A stretch of DNA of 64,000 nucleotides from a virus (taxonomy: Duplodnaviria; Caudoviricetes), in IMG/VR virus record IMGVR_UViG_3300044981_000315, positions 1,588-65,587 of that record; one strand, given 5' to 3'. A program made the translations under genes and the position numbers. The notes beneath the pieces were generated by a model that was not told the origin of the DNA, did no database searches, and was given only the letters and a program-made list of their open reading frames with translations. Numbering within the stretch: position 1 is the stretch's first letter; each line of letters begins with the position of its first letter. Of this stretch, positions 57,017-64,000 are shown piece after piece.

Positions 57017-57685
57017 ATGGCCACCGCGCCCAACACAGGTTCTACACTAACTTATCCAAACGGTGCGAATAAAACCTCCACCGCTATCTCGACTAATATC
57101 ATCATTACGGTGAGAACTCCAGCTGGACCCGTTCCGGTAGGTGCCGTTCAATCCATGGCCATCTCCGAAAAGAGATCCATCAAGATGATCGATGAAGTGG
57201 GTACTGATGGGCATATCGACTCCGTCCCCAACCAATCTACCAATATTACGGGTACTTGTCAGCGTGTTAGATTCGACCGACTACGTATTGCAGAAGCTTT
57301 CGATCGTGGTTTTATCCATGTCGCTTCTCAAATCTACCCTTTTGATATTATCATCTTTGATAAGCAAAAGTTAGCTGTCGGTTTGCAAATTTCTACCACT
57401 ATTAAGAACGTTTGGATTGCTGGTATCGACTACACTTACCAAATCAGCGATTGGGTTATTACCGATAGCATGACTTGGGAAGCGGAAACAATTTATTCTA
57501 TTTTGAATAATGGATCTAATACACCAGTGGCTCAAGGCGGCGAAATTGGTTTGGCCTTTAGCAATATCCCAATTGAACGTGCTACTGATACGGGTCTTAA
57601 TGGTCGTCGTGGATCGTTAGATTCGCCCGGATTGATCGACCTCGGATCGGCTGCTTATAGTCCTCCTGGCACCGCAATCTTCTAA
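57017..57685 (+). CDS. Tail tube protein
   Basis: Directly follows the sheath; VGAVQS..EVG..PFDI..IKNVWI..Y..ITDSMTWEAE tube-like pattern. Confidence 0.8.
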   Translation: MATAPNTGSTLTYPNGANKTSTAISTNIIITVRTPAGPVPVGAVQSMAISEKRSIKMIDEVGTDGHIDSVPNQSTNITGTCQRVRFDRLRIAEAFDRGFIHVASQIYPFDIIIFDKQKLAVGLQISTTIKNVWIAGIDYTYQISDWVITDSMTWEAETIYSILNNGSNTPVAQGGEIGLAFSNIPIERATDTGLNGRRGSLDSPGLIDLGSAAYSPPGTAIF

Positions 57686-57727
57686 TCAATTTTTAATTTA
57701 GTCTAATACTCCCTAATATAGACTAAG

Positions 57728-57773
57728 AAGGCCTTTTACTGGTTATATAATACAGTAAGAGGCTTTTGCTTTT
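57728..57773 (+). terminator. 14-bp stem-loop/terminator after the tail tube gene
   Basis: aaggccttttactg-gttatataata-cagtaagaggcttt followed by tgctttt; a second ttagtcta/tagactaa hairpin at 57698-57726. Confidence 0.65.
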
Positions 57774-57784
57774 ATGGAGTTAAT

Positions 57785-58459
57785 ATGGCTGGTTATGATA
57801 GTCCAATAGGAAAGAAACAATTTACGGGACAACCTTTAAGGGAAACGGTTATTCCAGATGCTACTGGTTATTCTCGTTCGGTAGGTCGCCCACCACCCGA
57901 TCAGCAACCGATGGATGAGGCAGCATTGCGCGACTTTGCAGCTCGTATGAACGGTGTTCCACCTCAAATGCCACCTATGTCTCAAGAGCAGGCTGCTTTG
58001 GAACAAGAGTTTCGACAAGCTCGCGAAGCTAAGAGGACTGGACAGGAAAGATTGAGCGATGGGGCTAGACGTCGCATTGAAATGTTAGTAGGTATGACTC
58101 GCGGTCATCGTACAGTGCAAATCGAAAACAATGCTTACGTGTTGCAAACGCTCCGAGATAAAGAGTTGTCTGATGCTATTTTACAAGCTTCCGCTTTTGA
58201 TGGCACCGTACGATCTCCTTTCGAGATTAGAAAACAATTGTTATCTCGTTCTCTAGTCCAAATAGCAGGTATGGAGCTTGATCAGTTTATCGGATCTAAT
58301 GAGCTAGAAGCTAAATTAGAGTTTATTGGAGAGATGGATCATTATTTGTTGGGCAGGCTGTATGATGAATATTTAGAAATGGTAAAAGAAGCCAGAGAAA
58401 GATATGCTATCAAAAATGAAACGGATGCTCAGGAGGTAGTAGAAGATCTAAAAAAATAA
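57785..58459 (+). CDS. Tail assembly chaperone (gpG-like)
   Basis: Between the tube and tape measure genes; ends CTA AAA AAA TAA. Confidence 0.8.
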   Translation: MAGYDSPIGKKQFTGQPLRETVIPDATGYSRSVGRPPPDQQPMDEAALRDFAARMNGVPPQMPPMSQEQAALEQEFRQAREAKRTGQERLSDGARRRIEMLVGMTRGHRTVQIENNAYVLQTLRDKELSDAILQASAFDGTVRSPFEIRKQLLSRSLVQIAGMELDQFIGSNELEAKLEFIGEMDHYLLGRLYDEYLEMVKEARERYAIKNETDAQEVVEDLKK

Positions 58460-58827
58460 TACATGAACCGGAACATCGTTTCACGTGGTATCTATGTAGA
58501 GAAGTTTTTCACACCACGCCCGATGATCCTCGTATTACCGATATGGACCCGGTTCAGAAAATTTGGATGTTTCATCACTGGGTGGGCGACCAAATTGATG
58601 ATGCCGAACTAGCTAAAAATCACGCATATCTATTAGCCTCCTTTGATCATCCAGAAGAAGTGAAGAAATTGATGGGTGATGGAGATGTCCATATGTCTAC
58701 CGACGAAGAGTTTGAGGAATCCAGCAAGATGGTTAGGGAAGCAAGTCTTCAAGCACTTAACGCCCAAAATGCTACACTTAAGAAAAAGAGAAAGAAAAAG
58801 CTTACTTTACAACCCGATAAACAATGA
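58450..58827 (+). CDS. -1 frameshift extension of the tail assembly chaperone (gpGT-like)
   Basis: Slippery A AAA AAA at 58450-58456; the -1 frame is open from 58456 (IIHEPEHRFTWYLCREVFHTTPDDPRITD) into ORF 58543..58827. Confidence 0.8.
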   Translation, partial: KKIIHEPEHRFTWYLCREVFHTTPDDPRITDMDPVQKIWMFHHWVGDQIDDAELAKNHAYLLASFDHPEEVKKLMGDGDVHMSTDEEFEESSKMVREASLQALNAQNATLKKKRKKKLTLQPDKQ

Positions 58828-58835
58828 GATAATTA

Positions 58836-61115
58836 ATGGTTAACATTCCACCTTCAGGCACAGATCCTACAGTACCCAGTGCTGCCTCCATTAATGATAC
58901 AGCTCAGGCTACCCAGAACCTAACTACCAACACTATTGCGCAGACTGCTGCCTATCATGACCTAAACACTGTTAGTGATTTGGTGCAAACCGGTATGGAT
59001 GGTATTGAGCAAGCGGCTAAAGATGCGGGCGTTAGTTTAGGCAGTCTAACTGATTTAACACAGGAACAATCAGAAAAGTTCGCTGTTTTCACCTCAGCTG
59101 CCGTGAATGCTAGAATTGCTTTTGCTGGTTTTTCTAATGTAGATTACAGCGGGCTTTCTACTTTTACTGACCAGATTAAAGTGCTGAGAGAAGCTTTGGA
59201 AAATACCCCTCTGACCCAAACAGTAGCTGCTGTGAAAATGCTTGCACAAGGGTTAGTAGGTGCTGGTGCTAGCCAATCTTCAGTCAATACGGCTTTAGCT
59301 AAAGGTAAAGATGCAGTATTGGCCTTAGCCACTAATATGGCCACTCATGCCGATAACATGGCTCGTGCCCAAACTGCTTATGTGCAGATGGCGGCTCGTA
59401 CTGGTGAATTAGGCGATGTGATGACAAAAGCTGGCGCTGGTCTGAAAGATATGAATGCTTTATTAGAAAAGCAACAAATGATGTTGCAATACACGAGAGA
59501 GGCTACTGGTTTAACTGCTAAACAAACGGAAGAATGGTATAGTCAATTAGGTTCCATTCCTGGAGCCCTTAAAGAAACCGTTTCATTAGGGGATAAGGCT
59601 GGCGCCTCCACCAGTATGTTAACGGCTACTATTCAAGCAGCTACCGGCTCTGGTCGTAGTATGGCTGATGTGATGAAAGATCTCAGTACGGCTTTTAGAG
59701 ATTATGGTTTAGTGGGAGAAAAGGCGTTACTCTTTTCTGTGCGTATGAGTGACGTTTCTACTAGACTAAAAGCCCCCATTGAAGATGTTAGCAGCGCTTT
59801 ACGCGGGTCAGCTGATGCTTTTAAAATGTTTGCTACCGGACAGGAGAATGCTGCCTCTTCAGCAGAAAGTTTAGCTAAAACACTCAATACATATGGCAAG
59901 GCTTTAGAGTCTACTGGATTAAGCGCTACTGCAGCAGTAGAAGTAGCTGGCCAATTGAATACTCAAGTAGCTAAATTAAACACTGGGCAGCTAGCTTTCA
60001 TTTCCCAACAGACAGGTGGTGCCGGGGGATTGCAGGGCGCAGCACAAGAAACCCTCAAATTACAGAAGGATCCTGGCGCTGTTGTAGAAGATGCTATGAA
60101 GACTTTACAGCAACAGTTTGGTAAAATAGTGACAGTACAAGAAGCCGCTACTAGTCAAGCTGCTGCCTCTCAAAACATTAAACAAACAACTATGTTACAG
60201 ACCTTATTAGGTCCATTAGCTAAGGATCAAGCTTCCGCTAACAGATTATTGGAAGCTATGAAAAATAAGGCAGAAGGTAATCCTAAAGCTATTGCTGATG
60301 CTTTGAGTGAACATCCTATCCAAGATGCCACTCAAAAAGGTGCAGAAATGCAAGCCAAAACTTATGGCGTCACTACCAAAATTATGAACTTAGTAGAGCA
60401 AATACGTGATATGGGAGATCGCGGCTCTTCTAATTTAGCAGGTAAAATGACGGCTGGCGCTACTAGTCAGACACTCACTACTGCTGAGGGCGCATTTAAA
60501 GATAGTTTAAAGCGACAAATGGCCATTTCAAGTGCGGCTGGTGGAGAACAAGTTAAAAAGGCCAATGAAGGAACTTCAGGTGGTTTAGTTAAAGATACTA
60601 GTAATAGAGACGCAGCAGCCAATATACAACAAGCCTTATCCTCTCTCAAAGATATCCCTACCTTTTTACGAGCCTCTTTCGATACGTTGACTGGAGCTTT
60701 TCGTTCGGGCGATAAAGAAGGTGTCAGTGCTGAAGAAAATTTGTTAAAAGAGATGATAGAATCTCGTAAACTAACGGTTAAGCAATTAGAGGGCTCTCCA
60801 GGTCAAGCTCAAGCCATGTCAGAACTCAAAGCTGCTCAAACCTTATTGAATGCTGCGGAATCAGTTAGTTCTCCTTCTGGTAAAAGAGTGGGAACTGCCG
60901 CTCAACATGCAGTAGCCTATAGTGCTCCAGGCGCGGCTCATACTCCAGGCACGGGCTCTGCCTCAGCTCACGTTCCTTATAGCGCTCCGGGCTCTGCTAA
61001 CGCACTTCACATCATTGGTAAGATAACTATCGATTGTCCTCACTGTGGTAAGGCACACGATGCAAGTAGTCAGTTTAAAGCCTATACTGGACCTGCCGGA
61101 CAATCACAACAATAA
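58836..61115 (+). CDS. Tape measure protein
   Basis: 759-aa A/Q/T-rich helical protein following the chaperone pair. Confidence 0.8.
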   Translation: MVNIPPSGTDPTVPSAASINDTAQATQNLTTNTIAQTAAYHDLNTVSDLVQTGMDGIEQAAKDAGVSLGSLTDLTQEQSEKFAVFTSAAVNARIAFAGFSNVDYSGLSTFTDQIKVLREALENTPLTQTVAAVKMLAQGLVGAGASQSSVNTALAKGKDAVLALATNMATHADNMARAQTAYVQMAARTGELGDVMTKAGAGLKDMNALLEKQQMMLQYTREATGLTAKQTEEWYSQLGSIPGALKETVSLGDKAGASTSMLTATIQAATGSGRSMADVMKDLSTAFRDYGLVGEKALLFSVRMSDVSTRLKAPIEDVSSALRGSADAFKMFATGQENAASSAESLAKTLNTYGKALESTGLSATAAVEVAGQLNTQVAKLNTGQLAFISQQTGGAGGLQGAAQETLKLQKDPGAVVEDAMKTLQQQFGKIVTVQEAATSQAAASQNIKQTTMLQTLLGPLAKDQASANRLLEAMKNKAEGNPKAIADALSEHPIQDATQKGAEMQAKTYGVTTKIMNLVEQIRDMGDRGSSNLAGKMTAGATSQTLTTAEGAFKDSLKRQMAISSAAGGEQVKKANEGTSGGLVKDTSNRDAAANIQQALSSLKDIPTFLRASFDTLTGAFRSGDKEGVSAEENLLKEMIESRKLTVKQLEGSPGQAQAMSELKAAQTLLNAAESVSSPSGKRVGTAAQHAVAYSAPGAAHTPGTGSASAHVPYSAPGSANALHIIGKITIDCPHCGKAHDASSQFKAYTGPAGQSQQ

Positions 61116-61126
61116 ACGAGTAGACC

Positions 61127-61993
61127 ATGCCATTTTCTTTTAACGACCTTATTAACAATACCAATGCTGCACAAGCTAGTGTTAATGCAGCCACTCCAAT
61201 TACCAGTAGTCTGGCTAGTACAGTGCAAAGTATTGGTAATGGCTTACCTTACAGTTTTGTTCCTAATACGGCGGATGCAGTTTTGCAGCGCAATATTATT
61301 TCATGGTTTGTACCACAGTATGGCGTAGCGCAGATGTTTATTAACCCACAGAATATTAGCTATGCCAACAAAAAGTTAATTACCAAGGATAGAACCAAAG
61401 GCGGATTCACTTTACAATATTGGGGTGAGGATTTGACTACCATCAATATCTCTGGCACTACGGGTAGCGCTGGCATTGAAGGTCTCAACATGTTAGAGGA
61501 AATCTATCGTGCCGAACAGTATGCTTTTGATGCGGTAGGCTTAACCTTGGCTGGTAATAATGCTTTTGCCGATATCACTCAAAATCTAGTTAACAATGTA
61601 GGTGGTAACCTAGGTCAATTTACCAATAGCTTAACGCCACCCAATACCCAAGTAGGTCCCACTGCCTCCGCTCCCGGAGCTGGTTTGTTAGGCGGTATTT
61701 TAGGGATGGATTCTCCTAACAATACCATGTCAGCTAGAAATATTCCATCGCTGGCTCAATTAGCTTTTACAGTGCAGATGTATTACAATGGATGGATTTT
61801 TACTGGCTATTTTGATAGCATGACTTTTACTGAAAGAGCTGATAACTTTTTAATTGATTATCAAATGATCTTTATGGCTACACAGCGTAGCGGATATAGA
61901 ACTAACTATTTTCCTTGGACACATGCCGCCAACACTGGTTATAGTGAATACAATACGCCTAACTCTTTTAGTGGGAATATTGTGGGACAGTAA
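61127..61993 (+). CDS. Tail tube initiator/baseplate protein
   Basis: MFINPQNIS..RTKGGFTLQYWGEDLTTINISGTTG..GYFDSMTFTE..Y tube-like fold after the tape measure. Confidence 0.7.
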   Translation: MPFSFNDLINNTNAAQASVNAATPITSSLASTVQSIGNGLPYSFVPNTADAVLQRNIISWFVPQYGVAQMFINPQNISYANKKLITKDRTKGGFTLQYWGEDLTTINISGTTGSAGIEGLNMLEEIYRAEQYAFDAVGLTLAGNNAFADITQNLVNNVGGNLGQFTNSLTPPNTQVGPTASAPGAGLLGGILGMDSPNNTMSARNIPSLAQLAFTVQMYYNGWIFTGYFDSMTFTERADNFLIDYQMIFMATQRSGYRTNYFPWTHAANTGYSEYNTPNSFSGNIVGQ

Positions 61994-62005
61994 AAGGAAT
62001 AAGTC

Positions 62006-64000
62006 ATGAGTTTTTTGGGACAATTAGCAGATCAAATATCAAGTCAATATCCGCTGGATAATAATTCAGCTTATGGTATGAACTCTGTTATTGATGGTTC
62101 CAATAATAAATATTCCAGTCTTGGTGATATTTCTCAAAATATCAATAGGACTACGGAGCGCAAATATGTGGAAGAGGGGTACTTAAGAAATAACCCATAC
62201 ACTACTACTCCTAAGCAATTTGAGATTCTCATGCAGGAACCCAATGCTACCATTCTGGTTAAGAAGAGAATGTTCTCTTCCGTTGGAGATAATTATAGAC
62301 CAGATTTTATGGATAATAGTGAAAAATTATTCTATAAAGCTAGTCGTTTTCTTTTTCAGAACAAATGCAATCAAATAGCTGCTTTGGAAAGGTTATCTAA
62401 AATTGCCAAGATTACGGCTGCCGTAGGTAATGTTAATGAACAATTACTTCCTTTGATTATTACACTAACTGATCAGCTTAATTATAGTGGGCCTACCTCT
62501 CAAGTGCCCACTAGTTCAGGTTTATTCGGTTCCATTCCGGACTCTAACACCTACAGCACCAACCAAATTAGTAGTTTTACTTCAGTAATTGATAAATTAA
62601 GAAAAGTGTATGCTTTCAATAGAAGCGCACCCTATACTACTTGGATTACTGATAACATGGATTTATTTCAGTCTACTTTGGGTGCTGGTACTGGAGTAAT
62701 TGAAATTACTAATTTTACTGGTCTTAATACTTCTACTACCGTAGATTTGAGTGCTGGGGGTAATTTTAACTTTAGTATTTCTGATCCTTATGAATCTATG
62801 CTAATTACCGATTATGATATTGAAATAGCTCTAAGTGATGCCACTAACTTATTTTATAATAGTAAACTTTTTCAATTTGGCTCTCAAGCTGCTAACAATG
62901 TAATTCAGTCTGCCCAATCACAATTTAATCAATTAAGAAGTGCTCGCGGGGCCAGTCTTTTGACTATTAGTACTAAGCCGATTACTTTGATAAATGCTCC
63001 TTCTACTGTAGAGGTTATTGTCAACGCTACTGGCCAACAATTACTGTTCGATTACAACGGTAGTGGTCTTAATGGATTTGCTGGTTTGGGCGGTTCGGCT
63101 GGTAGTGTTAATGTATCTCCAGAATACTTACAGGGTGGTGCAGCCCTAGGTTTTAACGGATTATCTTCTAGCGAATTAACTGCTTTCCAAACACTTATTT
63201 CCGCTATTTATGCTCAATTACAGCTTCAATCTAGTACACAGACAGCTCTCAAGAATAGCACTACTAATAGCTTTAAGGATAAAGCTATGCAGGATGCTAG
63301 GAGAAGAATGCGCTTTAATTACTCTGGTCAAGTGATTATCCAACCTATGGATGTAGTACATATCTATATTTCTTCTAAAAGTAGATTTGATAATAAATTG
63401 CTTTCTGGCCTTAATAACATGTTATCTGGTGCAGGCATTCTACAGAATATTAATAATACGGTCACAGATTTTGCAAATAGTTTTGATTCCATCTTTAGGC
63501 CATCTGGCAGCATTCCTTTACAGTTAGAGAAGGCAACCTATGTAGGTACCGATTTTCCTAATTTTTTGTGGAGCTTGCTACGCACACAATTCGTGACCGA
63601 ACAACAAGGCACTCATGTCTTTGGTGGGGTAGTAGATGATGCTACTGATAACTGGTCAGATGGACATTTCACTATAGATGTTAGGGGTAGAGATAATTCG
63701 GTATACTTCGAGCAAGGCAAAGTCAATTTCAAACCAGGTGTGGATGTGTTTAATGGAGCTTGGTTCGATCCGCTAACTCCTTTTCAGACTAACTTTGACA
63801 CCATTAGTTATGATGCTAAGGCACAAACGCCAAAACTGTTGGATGAAAATATGGCAGTAGTAGCTAACACAGCCGCCGGTTCCTTAGCCAAGTTTAAGTT
63901 GGGCCCTTTTGCTGGTACCAAAATGACTACTTCTAATTTTATTCAAGATAAGAGTGTAGATCCTTTAACTGGACTGGTTACTAAGACTTTCTATGCTCCT
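62006..64000 (+). CDS. Baseplate hub-like protein, 3'-truncated by the window edge
   Basis: AAGGA RBS; the frame reads open at start, middle and end (MSFLGQLADQ...IIQPMDVVHIYISSK...HVFGGVV...IDVRGRDN...KTFYAP); absent from the ORF track, consistent with having no stop in the window. Confidence 0.65.
   Translation, partial: MSFLGQLADQISSQYPLDNNSAYGMNSVIDGSNNKYSSLGDISQNINRTTERKYVEEGYLRNNPYTTTPKQFEILMQEPNATILVKKRMFSSVGDNYRPDFMDNSEKLFYKASRFLFQNKCNQIAALERLSKIAKITAAVGNVNEQLLPLIITLTDQLNYSGPTSQVPTSSGLFGSIPDSNTYSTNQISSFTSVIDKLRKVYAFNRSAPYTTWITDNMDLFQSTLGAGTGVIEITNFTGLNTSTTVDLSAGGNFNFSISDPYESMLITDYDIEIALSDATNLFYNSKLFQFGSQAANNVIQSAQSQFNQLRSARGASLLTISTKPITLINAPSTVEVIVNATGQQLLFDYNGSGLNGFAGLGGSAGSVNVSPEYLQGGAALGFNGLSSSELTAFQTLISAIYAQLQLQSSTQTALKNSTTNSFKDKAMQDARRRMRFNYSGQVIIQPMDVVHIYISSKSRFDNKLLSGLNNMLSGAGILQNINNTVTDFANSFDSIFRPSGSIPLQLEKATYVGTDFPNFLWSLLRTQFVTEQQGTHVFGGVVDDATDNWSDGHFTIDVRGRDNSVYFEQGKVNFKPGVDVFNGAWFDPLTPFQTNFDTISYDAKAQTPKLLDENMAVVANTAAGSLAKFKLGPFAGTKMTTSNFIQDKSVDPLTGLVTKTFYAP

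Noticed and set aside
1119-60649. Numerous short overlapping or antisense ORFs in the ORF track (e.g. 1468..1911-, 13843..14205-, 25635..26048-, 43073..43471-)
   Set aside because: These are shadow frames of long, codon-biased + strand genes, with no RBS or recognisable motifs
1-64000. Stop-codon reassignment (seen in some jumbo phages)
   Set aside because: Long structural genes are intact in code 11 with high coding density; no fragmentation at TAG or TGA
52561-64000. Extracellular contractile injection system or tailocin
   Set aside because: A complete head module (protease, MCP, decoration, neck) is in the same region, so this is a phage

Overview
This window is the morphogenesis region of a large, roughly 40% GC myovirus-type (jumbo-like) bacteriophage. 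It is almost entirely on the + strand and reads cleanly in the standard genetic code. Gene order: 5'-truncated prohead protease/scaffold fusion; charged and membrane-anchored internal head proteins; two paralogous capsid-decoration-like genes; HK97-type major capsid protein; a minus-strand island (CCA-adding enzyme plus RelE-like toxin/antitoxin); a ~19 kb mosaic of fibre/appendage genes; neck/head-tail joining genes; a 1720-aa neck/collar-type protein; tail terminator, sheath and tube; frameshifted tail chaperone; tape measure; tube initiator; and a 3'-truncated baseplate hub. Interspersed are four free-standing homing endonucleases, a patatin phospholipase, a cold-shock protein, a 2H phosphoesterase and an HExxH/J-domain protein. 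Most striking observations: (1) a D-G-Y tripeptide occurs 37 times (hand count) in 16 predicted outer virion proteins and never in the internal head proteins, capsid, tube, tape measure or enzymes, suggesting a virion-surface modification or docking sequon; (2) two DUF3494 ice-binding-like domains are inserted into structural proteins, one of them the tail sheath; (3) a recurring (A/C)ATA-N6-(C/T)AT(A/T) late-promoter-like motif often sits 5 nt before a leaderless ATG; (4) head proteins share K-x-A/G candidate processing sites and a helical targeting module. All product calls come from motif recognition and synteny by eye; no database searches were run.
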